A stretch of DNA of 64,000 bases from Moniliella sp. 'wahieum'. Lineage: Eukaryota. The DNA lies in assembly GCA_003971905.1 (NCBI GenBank), contig RSEE01000094.1:124001-188000 (forward strand), in the 5' to 3' direction. Shown piece by piece: positions 12,699 through 25,188 of the stretch; position 1 is the first letter of the stretch; each line of letters starts with the position of its first letter. The notes under the pieces were generated by a model that saw only the letters and a list, made by a program, of their open reading frames with translations, ran no database searches and was not told the origin of the DNA. A program made the position numbers and the translations under genes.

Positions 12699-14195
12699 GA
12701 GTACAAGCCCAGAGTAGGTGAGCCTCAAGCAACCATCTCAGGGCTCAGGAGCCGGCGGGGCGGGGGGTCTTTCCCTTCCACTCCCTCGTTCCGACCTACT
12801 ACTTCACGGATCCAAGGCGAAATATGAAGGATACACTTTGTTCACCGGGTATCGTATAGATGGCCCCATAGCGAAGGAACGGGTGCGATTGAGGCAACAA
12901 ATTCGATTGGGCGATGCCTCCACCATGTCACTGGGTTCGGCAAACAGGGCCCCGGAGGGTTTGAGGGCGGCACCCACTTATCCTCTTGGGGATAGAATGC
13001 AGTGACCCCGGTCTCGTACAATGTTTATTGGCTACAGTGGGGGTTGGTACCGTTGATCCCAAGCCCGACGAGGGACCAAGGAAGTTGAGGGTACTATAGG
13101 ACGAATGGAATGCACGTCGATGTTCCGAAGGGCATCACCATCAGGATGGTTCTCTGATTACTTTTCTGGAATTGGGGTAGGTACTAGGCTAGTAGGAAAT
13201 ACAAAGCTGATAAAACAAGGGAGTGGGAGGTGGCATGCACCACCCTGGCTCAAGCTCTTTGTCAAATGCAAGTACGTCCAAACGATTTCATCCGCCTCAT
13301 CAAGTTGGCGGGCCGTCTCTAAGAGAGTCAGCCCTACCTGGTACAAGAGCAAGAGTCTCGCATAGATGGGCCAATGCGATGACAGAGAGCCAATAGACCC
13401 AATTCAGATCTATATAGATGTTGTGCCCGCTCTCTCTCTGTTGCACTTGAGACCCACGGCTTGTGCGTCACTCGTCAGTAAGTAGCCTTCCGAAGCACAT
13501 AACCGCCGGTGTCTTGCGTCCGGTGTGCAATGCCACATTCGCATCCACATCTGCATCCATCCTCCCCTCACCGCCATCGAGAAAGATCTGGTGGTATCGT
13601 GGAACTCTTCATCATTGAGGCAGTCCTATAGGGAACCATCCGATGAAAATGTGACTTTGACGGTGACGGTATATATTGTACCTCTTTGCCACAGCCCCCA
13701 CTCGACTCTTCTTGGAGGTAAACGAACGAGGGAGGCACATCAAGAAGCTACGTCCATCGTATAGTCATTGTCGGAAGCGAGACAACAAACGTTCCACAAT
13801 TACCCGGAGGCGGTGTGGAAACGGGCAAACGAGAAGCAGACGTAAACACATTAACATAGGTGTCAGGGGCCCATATATACACTCTCCCAGCGACACACCA
13901 ACCACAGGGGCTGCACACGATAGAGAAGAGGGACCGCAAGAGGCCATAACACACCCGCTCATTTTCATGGCCCTGATAGATAACGAATGTCACAGGCACA
14001 ATGGACCGCCGACAGGAAGGTACAGATGATGGGGAAGCCAAGGCCAGGGGGAGGGGGGGGGGGGCAGGATCAGGGGTTCGACAGGATGCGGAGGGTGATA
14101 GATGGTGACAAGTACAAAACGAGAGCGAAAGGGAGGAAACGGAGAAGAGAGGAGGTTGTGCTGTCCGAATAAAGTACATGCTCGACCTGACGCTC

Positions 14196-15636
14196 CTATT
14201 CGTTTCTCTTCTCGTTCCCCCTGGACCCGGGGACCCAACTCTCAGTCTTCTCAAGCGTCGTCACAAGCACATTCAGAAGCCCTCGGCCGGCGGGACCGAG
14301 CAACCCCCAAGGCTGGTGTTGCGTAGCAGGATCCTCAACGTGGTTGCGGAGGTGGCCATGGGGCGTATTTTGGTTGTGCCGAGCCCGCCGCGTTTCCGAA
14401 GCACGTTGGCGTGCGCGTTGCCGGGCTTTAGCTTGCTTGCTTCGTGCCTTCTCGTCCGGTCCAGAGCAATCCAAATCCATTCTCCATTCCACGCGGGGTT
14501 GGAGGTCCATCCTCGTCCGAAGACGCCTCCTCGTCATCCGCATCTTCCTCGCTTGCCCTTGAGGACCCCGATCGTTGCTCGGTCGACGGCAGGTGAGTAC
14601 CGCCCTCTTGGGCCTCATCAGCCGGGGCTCGTCGCGCATGGCCATCGCCGCATCGATCGCTATGGGAATGCCCAATGTGATCCGGGCCAACTGAAGCGTC
14701 AAGCGCAAGCGGCCGAAAAACGTCAAAGTAGACAGTTGACGGAGGGAACACTGACTTCATACAACCGAATCAGCTCAAAGCGAATGATAGACATGTACTT
14801 TTGGCCCGACAAGACCACCTCACGCAGCCGCTGGCACAAGCCCTCCACTTGGTCCACTGTGTCTTGGCCCAAATCCCAGCCGGGCGTGTCATTAAGCATG
14901 AAGCAGGACCCGGATCATCTCAAAGTCGCCGTCCATGAATTCGTTGAGAATACTGTGCAGCACTCCATTTAGCGTTTCGTCGTGCAACCCATTTGCCTCT
15001 GCCGGGTCCGCCCCATTCATTGACCCGTTGTCCGCAGCTGTGTTGGTTCGGTTGGTCAGGTCGTACAGGTGGCGCGACGAGGGGTTCGACAAGGTTTCAT
15101 ACGCCCACGATATGCGCTGGAAGGCCATCGTGCTCGGCGGGTAGTCAGGAAACTTGCTGAAGAAAGAAATTAGGTCAGTCGCGGAGAGGCTCAAAACGAC
15201 GTCGACTTTCTCGTCTCCGCCTTGTTTTCATCACGACAACACTCACTCGGGATGACAGATGCGGCTGCGTAGGTGAAAGCCTCGGCGGATTTCCTCCAGA
15301 GTGGCAGTCCGTTCAACATTGAGGAGCTTGTACAAGTCTTCCTCGGTCAGTAGAGCGTCAATGATGGCCGCCTTGGCCGCACGGTCGTCCGAGGCTAGGG
15401 ATGGTGGGCTGGTTGGGATCCCATTGGCACCAAAGAGATTCCCTGTCCCTCGTCCGAGGAGAGCACGGCGGAAGGAGGCGTGGGTGGGATGTGATTGTTG
15501 GGTGACGAGGATGGTGAGGGCAGTTCAACCTGCTCGCGCAATTGGGTGGGCCCGCGCGATACAGAAGGGAGATCGGAAGGGCGAGGGCCGTGTTCGCCAT
15601 GACCGCAGGCCCATCTTCGGACTTGGACTCGGACAT
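14196..15636 (-). CDS. DnaJ-domain protein; intron 15157-15246 splits the HPD motif
   Basis: DLYKLLNVERTATLEEIRRGFHLRSRICHP-D-KFPDYPPSTMAFQRISWAYETLSNPSSRHLYD, with a GTGAGT donor and CAG acceptor. Both ends are approximate. Confidence 0.88.
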
Positions 15637-17499
15637 GAGAACAGATGCAGGCCCCACCTCGGTTCAGACTCTGGGGGACGGTACCGGTCTTGGGGCCCGT
15701 TCGAAACGCTAGAAAGCTAGGTGTGAGTAGAAAGCCGCCGTGGAGCCACGGAAACGAATGTGGTACGAACCAAGATCATACAGCGAAGACGACGCTAGCG
15801 GCATGCCGCCGAGGGGGACGGCCGGACGAGCGGGCGGGGTCGGGCGCGGGGACTGAGACGGGGAGGAAGCCAAGGGGTGGTGGGGCGGAGCGGAAAGAGA
15901 GCGTGCTGGCGTGCGGCACCTGTGCGGGGAGGGGGTGCGAAGGGCAGACCCTGTGGGCCGTGCACGGTGTTGGTTAGCGCTGGAAGGGAGAAGCGTGAGG
16001 CGAGTAATCTAGTAATCGCTTGGAGGGCAAGCAAGCGGTTTGCTGAGGCTGAGTACTGAGCACGCGTCGTGCTGCGTACTGGTGAGTGTGCGTCCGGAGG
16101 CTGCTATCACATGTCCTGGCCCTTTGCGGTGCCCGTCTAGCAGCCTGTCGACGGGGAGCCCGAGGCCGGAGGGCTCGGTGAGTGCGGGAAGCTTGAAGCG
16201 GGAAGCCTCGCCTGCTGCCAGCCCTATTTTTGGTACCTGCGTCGCCGTTCAGTTGAATACGCTCAACGTGCTCAGATAGTATATGAAACCACCCACGCAC
16301 AGCAGCCCCCTCCCCACCTGCCTGCCCTCTCCTAGAAACGCTAAGCCATCGTCGTAGCACACTGCCCTCGATCTGCCTTCCCCGTCTGAACATCTGACTT
16401 TTGTCAGTACTCCGTTGAGTATCAGCGAGTACTCATAACTCGGAACCTTGTCCTCAGAGAGTTGGCCACCGCATACATATTGCCTCCACGCCTCTCGTTT
16501 GCCACCCGGTGGGGCCATCGTCCTTCTCCCCTCTCCCCACACATCCACCTTGTGCGACGACGATAGCTGCTGCACACTCCGGCATATCCATTGCTCCTGC
16601 CCCGCACAACATGCCCCTTAGGCCTCATGGCCTCATACAATAGACCGCTGCCTCCGGTTTCAGCTCCGTCCGCCTCACGCCCCGCCTCGGTCCCGGACCG
16701 AAGAGCAGGACAACTCGATGACGGCGGGCGGCGGCGGCTTGCCGCCGGCGGGAAGCCCACAGATGCGCGCTTGAGTCGCTGCATACTGCATCTGCCGCAC
16801 TTTGTGTGCCTCGGCCTATGAAGCAGAAACGGACTGGGCGCAGAAGATGACAAAGGGCAAAGTGGATTCACGCGGGGGGTGGGGAGGGGGGGCATCGTCA
16901 GCGCATGGGGTCTTTCAAGAACCAGGACAAGGTTGCTACGTTGTCCCACCTGAGGTTGCCCCATCAAGGCACTGATTGCTCTGTCGAATGATGCACGTGC
17001 CCACGTTTTCTATTGGGGGTTACGTGCATTACATGTTAGCGACGACGTTAGCGTTAGGCGGTGGGGGCGATTCGGTGTGCTTGCCGAGGCAAGATATCAG
17101 CAACGCATCCATGTCATCGTCCGCTTCATCGATGAGATCCTCCATCATCCGATCCTCAAAATACTCTTTAAGTTGTCAACGTGCAGCTCAACTTCGACAT
17201 GAAGATGAGGCGATGATAGTTGCATGAACGATATGGATTCGGACCGTCTATGAGTATGCACACCCAGGTCCACCAGATTGCTTACGGCGTACACACGCCA
17301 ATGGATTGTTCTGTGGCAGATGCGTGAGAGAGGGAGGAATGAGTCTAGGAAAGAAAGACAGGGCGTATCTCTGGTACAGAGAAAGGAAGGGAAGGGAAGG
17401 GATGGGATGGGATGATCGATGAGATGAGATGATCACGAAACCAAACCAAGCATGTCGAATCGGATCAGGTCAATCAGGAGAAGGAAGCGCTTGTAAAGG

Positions 17500-19355
17500 A
17501 GAGGGGGGGTGGGAATCATTAATCATTATCAGCCAGGTGGCCTGCCATCCCATTGTGCCGCCAAGGCAGAGGCAGGCGGCCATGCCGTTGTCGAAACAGG
17601 CTAAGTAGGTCCTCCCGCAACAGGCGCTGGCAGGGCAAGCGGGATGGACGAGGCGGAAGCCAGAGAGTAGCAGCGGTCGCAGACGCAGTCGTAGTCGTAG
17701 TAGGAGACGAGGGTCGGAAGAGAAGCTTGACAGCAGGAGCGACACGCATCACGCGAGCGGAACTGGTGTTGGCCGCCACATAACTCAGTGGTTGGAAGAG
17801 CCAGATCTATTGCCACAGGGGTCAGTTTGGCATTCCAAGCACCGAAGGAGGGCAAGACGTACCTTGGCCTCAGGCCCACTGGTGCCATCTGGGGAAGTAC
17901 CATCGTCAATGAGTTGGACGCGACGCTCGGCGCCTAGGTCGCATGTAGCTGCCAACAGAGCTGCCATGCGGGAGGCAAACGTAGTGGTCACTGCGATACC
18001 TTCACGGGTTCCGGGGACGGAGTAAGAGAAATGTAAGCCCGGCCAAGGTAGCAACGCGCTTCATCGTCCTGTCCTGCGTCTGGTGCGCCTTGTTGTTCAG
18101 CCCGGCCCAGAAAGGCATGACATGCCGCACAGTGTAACAGTGCACCCTGCAGAGAGAGACGAGATCAGCCAATCGTTTCTTCACGACAATGAGAAGGGAA
18201 TGTGTCCAGTGGTAGTGACCCGTGACATGAGACGGGAAGATAAGAGGAAACCCTCCATCTTCGCCCCACGCCCCGCCCACTGACCTAGAGGCGGTAGGTG
18301 TATTCCACTGGCAGAAAGTCTCAACGGCTTGGCGGGCAAAAGCCCCCGGCCATTCAGCCCACTGGATTCTTGGACCACTGTATCGCCCGACCGCGCTGGG
18401 AAGGAGGTGCGGGCAGGCTTCTTATGGGTCCGAGCAGGAGAGGGGGAGAAGAAAAACGTACCTTGGAGCCGGGGAGCCAGCGTACCGAGCCAGGTCGCAA
18501 GTCGGCCACTTTGGGTACCAACCAAAACTCTGACGCAAACACCGTCGTCGAATGGGGCGTGTTCGTCGTAGCATGCACCCCGTCTCGATCGGGATAGAGA
18601 ACTTGCTTGCCTCGCTGGACAGTGCGGTTGATCAATTGATCTTCATGGCACATCCATGCGTCTACCAATTCTTCCCATCCAGCAGGGGAGAGGAAGCAGG
18701 CGCCTGCCTTCCTCGTGCGGCAAGAGTAACGGCGCCTCGCACTTTCCACAGAGGCAATCGGTCAATCGCTTAGGCAGCTCCGCTAGACCCATCATGTCGC
18801 CTTCGTGGGCCTCGGGTGCAGCCCGGCCAGCAGAGGAGTACACGCGATCTTGGCCTGCAAGGGCTCGGCCGCTGTACCTTTGCCACTGAGCGGAATGGAA
18901 AAAGGCTCAGTCTGTCTCACGTGCAGGTCAGTGTGAGCAGGAGGCTGGATAAGGATCGTTTCCTCCTTCTCGGCACCAGCACCAGCACCTGGTGCCAAGA
19001 AAGAAACACAGATCTCAATCGGGCCTTGGGATCCGCCAGCAATACGAGCGGTGGCAGTCAGGGGAGTAGGTCCACCTTCCTGGGCCCAGAGGAGCACAAG
19101 GAGCGTGTGAAGTGGACCTGCCACTCAACGTACACCTCGAACGCAGCAACAGAAGTAAGTGCCGCCTCGGGGATGTGTGGGAGATGTGACGGGAGAAGAA
19201 GAGGAGGCAACATGCCCAGTCAGGGAGGGCGGCTGTTGCGCAGAGCCCAAGGTAGTCGATGGTAAGGCACCTTCCAAGGCGCCAGCTGAGGCCTCAGTGA
19301 CAGACCCAACAGCGGCTGGGCTACACGCTGATGATGCAACCTCCGAGGTATGCAT
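17500..19355 (-). CDS. UBE3D/Ipa1-like HECT_2 (E2-binding ubiquitin ligase) family protein
   Basis: CLCGKCEAPLL followed by LLPLP..GWEELVDAWMCHED matches the family 'LPS..W.E..D.W.CH' motif. N-terminal EVYVEW, later Cys pairs and a C-terminal LP...GW..W segment also fit. Frameshifted. Confidence 0.72.
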
Positions 19356-19398
19356 CGAAAGCTGTGAGGCACGAGCCAGAGGCAGTCGCGACGCCGCA

Positions 19399-20740
19399 TT
19401 AACCGGTGGCGGGAGTGGGAATTGAACCGCGAGGCCAGCTTGCTCGCCTTGCGCTTGGACTGGAAATCCATGGTTGATGGGGCCTGGGAGTGGGAAAGGC
19501 TGGCTTGGCGTTTATGCGGGAATGAAAGGGTAATGGCTCGGGCCAAGTGAAGTTTGCCGTGACGCAACCGGTTCCGTGAGCCGGAGGGCTCAGTATTCCA
19601 CGACGCAGGCACAACGCGGGAATCGAGAGGATCCGACCGCTTGCCCGTGCCCCGCAGTCGGTCAACCAAGGTGCTCGCCTCGCGGAGAGCAGGGGGGATC
19701 TCACGGTGGGAGACGCGGGTTGGATTCGGCCGCCTGTTGACGGCGCTGAGTTGGGAGAGGTATGAAATTTAGGCGGAGAAGCACGTTGCTGGTCCAAGTT
19801 GCGGCCGAATCGCTCGAGACAGTCGAAAAGATGGAGGGTATCTTGGTCTTCCGCCAAGGACAGTTGTGGTGGCGCAGTACGTGGGGCACGGGCCGGGCTG
19901 GTAGTCCGCTCTCCTTTGGCAAGCATTGGCTCGGGGTATGATTGGGTGCGAAGATGGCGAGGAGAGGGCAGGTGGGTGAGCACGTTGGCCTTCAAGACGG
20001 TTGGACGAAGCGGCTTGCAGCTGAGTGAGGAGCTGGTCCAGCTGCTGGTCCATCCAAGGCTGGCCGGCTCCAGGGGAGACTGCGGTCGCATGGGCAGACT
20101 TGCTGGAGGAGCGACGAAAGCGGGTGACCATCCCGTTGATCGGTGGACGCAGTCGGATGCGAGTTGGGGGCAGACTCGAATGCCGTCTGGGCATCTCTCC
20201 TGGGGGGGCAAGGCGCGCTGGTTGTCCATGCGTGCGCGCGTGGCGACAATGCGCTCGATTGCTGCGTCGAGCGCGCGGTCATCCCGCTCCTCCAGCGAGG
20301 AGACGCGACAGGCGATCGATGGAAGAGGGTCGGACATGCGATGGATGCAGGCCAAGTAGTAACAGAATGATGGTGATCGTCCTCAAAGCCATCGTCGTCC
20401 AGAGCAGAATCCAGGTCGGACACAGAGGCAAGAGAGGCGGACTTGGTGGGACGACGCCAACGTGGGGTGGAAAGCGGTGTGCTTGAGAGCGGACTGGATG
20501 TCCGCATCGGACGCAGCATCGGCAGCTGTGTCGAGGGGAGGCAGAGGGAGAGGATGGTCGTCTGGGTCGGACAGCGTGTCGCTGGACGGGTGCAGCGCAT
20601 ACTCGATCCAGGCGGTTGTCAGAGGTTGGGGCGGGGGCGGGAGGGAGGAACCTCGAGGTCGGAGCTGGCGAGACGGCGAGCAAGCGCAAGCGCTTCCCCG
20701 CCGCTGCGGGCAGGCGGCTGGACGGTCTGCGTGGCCATGA
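19399..20740 (-). CDS. Hypothetical Ser/Pro-rich protein
   Basis: A 318-aa ORF plus upstream overlapping ORFs, including an acidic DLDSALDDDGFEDD patch. No domain recognised. Confidence 0.45.
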
Positions 20741-22267
20741 GCGACCGTGGATGGTCAGCGACTAGGGGCTGCCCGCGGTCGACTGGATGGCGGAGGCGGA
20801 GCGGTGGCAGCCACAGCGGAGCAGCAAGCCAGAAAACCCACAAAAGAAGCGCGCGAGCCAGTTGAAATGCTCTGTATCTCCGTGCTTGGAGCCATGGCAG
20901 GAGGGCAGTGTGGCGTCATGCACCACACATCATGCATCATGGCTGCCACACCCTCCACATTTTAACTTTCAAGTGACGTGTGATCACCCATCATCTATCA
21001 TCTGCATCAGCTGCCTGTTGTGCGCCCAGCCAGACCCAGCCACCAGCCGACGTCACCGATTCTGCTGATCGGCCTCCGCAACCTGCGTGATTGCCGTGCA
21101 AATGGTGGGCACGGACGCGCACCATGCCGGGGGGTCCATATTGCGAAAGTCCCCAGACCGACGCAGAGGAAGTTGTTCCCTCGGACGAGATGCGGCCGAT
21201 GCGGCCCGGATGGAGCTCGACTCGAACCGGGACTCAGACGGAGGATAAGTGAACGGTTGGAGGTGCCTCTCCCCTCTCGGCGCTTACTACGGAAAAGGCC
21301 TCATTAATCATTCCTCCCGAAGGGGGCAACCTCTGGCAGCTGCGCCTTGACCAGCTACAAGATGAGTACGCCTAAGTGAACCTGGCGGGGAGATGAACAA
21401 AGTCCAAAAAGTGGACCGTGGATCGCAGGACCAAGAACTAAGAAGAGATACAGGAGTGCGGCACTCTTCTTCCTCTACCCCGATGTCCCACACACACGAT
21501 CTGCCTTCGTGTCGAACCCCCCCCCCCCCCGAGGAACATCCGTCGTAATGGATAATCAGGCCCACTTCTTTGTCCCGAGCGCATTCCTGCAGGAAGTGCG
21601 CAGAAGGCCGACAGCGTACTACTATGGCGTCCCTTTGTAACCCCCTTCCTTCTTTCGTCTCCGAGTCCTTGGTTTACGTTACGGATGCGTTGCCCAGGGC
21701 GCAACTGGTGACCCTTGCGCTCCCTGAGTCTAGTTACGTATCCGCCGTCGGGTCGGGGGTGAGAAAGTAACCGGACAAAGGAGAAATGATTACTGGTTGC
21801 TTTACAGGACGAAGATGAAGTTGCCAAGCGCTCGCAACTCTCAATTCTCAACCGTGACGCATGGCGGGAGATGACTTGACTCTATCAGCGTCACTTAGCA
21901 GGACCACCCTATGATGGGAACCAGTCCAACAACCAACCAAGAGGGGGGGGGACAGCTGTTGGGCCCGTGGGACCGGCATTGGTATAAATTTGTTCTGGAG
22001 CTTGAGGTGATCGAGTGCGGAGGAGGCCAGAGGGCCAACGGTGAAATGCTGAACCGAGAGAAGAATGCGAGGAGGAAACAGGGAAGGGTGTATGCCAGTA
22101 ATAATAAGTAACAGCCTGGATCGAGGCGGAAGAGGAGAGGAAAGGCAAGTCGAAAGCGTAAGTGGAAGTGGAAGTGGAAGCGTAAGCGCACATCACATGG
22201 TATATGGTGCGCCCCTTGAGAGTCGGATCATGGATCATCGACACGGTAAAAAAACACGTTGTCGTGT

Positions 22268-23825
22268 CTAGGGGAAACTGTCCTGGAGCTGGGCCTGGAG
22301 TTGGACCTGGCTTGCAGCTGGGTCTGGGTGTTGAGGTGGGCTAGGAACGCCACCTGGACCTGGTCTTGAGGCTGAGCTTGGGCGAGGGTAAAGGCCTGCG
22401 CGTACATCTGCGCCTGGGCTGGGTGCGGGCCTGGGCCTGAGAGCGCAGCGCTTCAAAGTGCAACCGCAGCTGGGACTGCAACGTAGCTTGCATGTGGACC
22501 AAGTCAAGGGCATACGAGTGCACGTGGGCGGACGCCAGCATCTCCGGTTAGTATGCAAGGTCTGTTGGGCCGCAGTGACAATGTCCAGAAATCCCCTCAG
22601 CAACTTACCCTTCCAAGGAGGCGGCGAATGGGACGAGGGAGCAGCGCGAGGGAATTGCGGCGCGCCCTCAGGTGGCATGTAGCTGAACTGACAGCTCGGC
22701 ACCACGTTCGGCACGGCAGAATGCGACCCAACCTCCGTGGTGGCCAGTGGGGCGAACGGTGAGGTGGGCGGGGTGGGCAAGGCGTAGGTCATGAGCGGGG
22801 CAGTAGAGGGGAGGGGCGAGGCTTGGCTCTCCTGCTGATCCGTGACCGGTTGCATGGCTGCGATCGGGGCGGGGCAGGACCTAGCTCGTTCTGCACCGTA
22901 GCGTTATGGGGAGGGAACGAGCGAGGCGAATCATACGGTTGATCTCGCGCGTTCGAAACTCGAGCAACGTCTTGGCCCGTGCTCTAAACTGGGTCAACTC
23001 GTGTGGGCGGACGAGAATGGAGTAGCCAAGCCCCCGCCAGAAGGCCAGTTCCATTTGCGTCACTGCCAATGGCGATGGCAGTTGGGACAGAGAGGCCCAG
23101 GTCTTGGCGGTATACGTGTGGTCTTCCAGCAGCTTGTTGGCCAAGATCAGCGGATACCGAGGCCCGGTACTCGACGCCCACCACGTCGGCTGTCATGTGG
23201 GGCTGACGGCATTTGAAGCGGTACAACAGTACTCTGTCGACAGCACAAAGGCATACATCAACAGTCAGTAGACGATCGAAGCCAACCTCAGTTATAATCA
23301 AGGGACAGCAACGTACAATGCCGTATATAGCGTCTCTGTCGTCACACGAAACGAACGAAAGAGGTCACGAGTGCAAGTCACGAAGGCCGGACTGGGTTGG
23401 AAGCGGCCAGGACCCCGCGCACATTCGCGGGTTGGGCTGCGATTGCGGCCGACATGGGCTCGGTGGCGAGGAGAGGTGGGGAGGGCCCATGCGTGAGGGA
23501 GAGGAAGGCGGCATGTGACTCGGCAGAGGGGCAGGTGGGTAGGAGTGGGGGTGAACCAGAGCAAGCAGACCATCTGGCAGAACCACTGGGCGAGCTGGGT
23601 GGAGGACTGGGGGGGACGGGTGGGGCGAAAACGCTTGCATGGTGGTTCGAGTCCGCGCGGCCATTGGGAAAAGGGCCGGGGGCTGCAGGTGGGCTGCAGG
23701 TGGGGCTGCTGTGGTAGCGGCCGTGACGGAAAGGATGGCGGGAGGCGAGTCGAGGGCAGGGCGTGTGCGGCGGCGCAGGAGGGGAAGAGCGCGGCTGGGG
23801 CGCCGGACCCGGCGGGGGCGGACAT
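22268..23825 (-). CDS. Pcl/Pho80/Clg1-type cyclin; intron 23234-23316
   Basis: LAQWFCQMVCLLWF..PAFV..TETLYTAL/VLLYRFK..EYRASVSA(L)ILANKLLEDHTYTAKTWASLS..VTQMELAFWRGLGYSI is a cyclin box of the Pho80/Clg1 type. Confidence 0.85.
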
Positions 23826-25163
23826 GAGAGAAGGGGAAGGAGAGGTGGTGGGGAGCGGCAAGGGAGAAGACGAAGTGGTATATTATACCTGCTAGTCAGG
23901 ATGTCGCAGTCGGCGCCCAGTGGGCAACATGCCCAGTGCCGCGTGCCGAGTGCGTCGCGCCTAGTGGCTATGGCGCCAGCGGGGAGGCAGCGCAGCGTGG
24001 CACTGGGCTTGTGCGTGTCGGGCGCAGACAGGCTGCTGTGGTGCGGGGGCTGGGCGAGCGGTGAGGTCTTAGATGCGCACCGTCGATGTGAGATCCCAGA
24101 TCTCAGATCCGATCTGGCACCAGCGGAGCGCAAGCGCACCGCCGCACGGGGGCGCAAGGCGCGCCAGGCGCCCGCTTGGCTGTGGAGGGCGGCCCGCGGC
24201 GTGCTGCTCCTCGCCTCGGCTGGCCGAGTGACGCATTCAGGCCGGGGGCGCGGAGGCCGGGCGCGCGCTGCGCCAGCGGAGCGACGGGGAGCAGGCGGGG
24301 CAAGCACACGCAGTCCGCAAGCATCCACCCACGATCGCTGCTGGCCCGCGTAGCCACGAGCGTACCCGACCCACAATTCTCTCAGGCGCTACGCGCTACG
24401 CGTTAATCACCGCGCAGTTCGCTTTGCCCCAGGACAGCCTCCCAACAAGCGCGTGTGCATGTGAGATCATCGCTGCTATCACGCATGCTGCGTGTTCGTG
24501 CGGCGTGGTGCATCTTGCATGGGGCAGGACACGGGCGTTCCCGCTGCCTCCGTGCGGCGCCCCCTTGCCCATCGCGCATGCCTGCTAGGCACCGCGCAGG
24601 GCAGCAGGGGGGCAGTGTGGGGAGAAGCGCTGGTGGCCACCGTGACTCGGGAGTGCCTAGGGGAGTGCCTAGTGGCTGCCGCCGCAGCCGGCGCAGGGAC
24701 GCATCGCTGGGCCACTCGGCGCGTCTCCCTGCTACTCCGCCCCCGCCAGCGCCCCCGGCAGCACACCATTGTGCATGCAACCGCCCGCATCGTTTGCGCC
24801 GCCTCCACGCGAGACGCCGGTCGGCCGCCGTGTGACAGTCGCATGGGGCGTGTGAGTACTGAGTAAGTACTTATCGATTATCGCTTCTCGCTGCTAGGCT
24901 AGCGCTCACCCATCCCCCGTTCTCCGCCTCTCTGCAGAGCGCATGCGCTGCGCTCCCAACCTGCACGCTCCCACCCGCAAGCTTTCGCCAGCGACATGCG
25001 GCTCCCTGCCCCTCCAGCCTGGATTCGATGCGCTCGCTAATCGATAACTCATCGTTCTGCGTAGCTGTGCACAAGAAGCTTGAAGCGACAGCCACCATTG
25101 TGCGCACGAGGCTGTACATATCGTAGCCGCAACGGGGCGTGGTGCATACTGAGTACTGAGTCC

Positions 25164-25188
25164 GCAGTTACTAGTTACTAGTTACTGC
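25164..25188. repeat. 7-bp palindromic array GCAGT-t-ACTAGT-t-ACTAGT-t-ACTGC
   Basis: Read directly from the sequence. Confidence 0.9.

Noticed and set aside
12718..13770. Additional minus-strand gene between VPS23 and the DnaJ gene
   Set aside because: Only short fragments are present (e.g. LLETARQLDEADEIVWTYL), with no recognisable family or coherent gene model.
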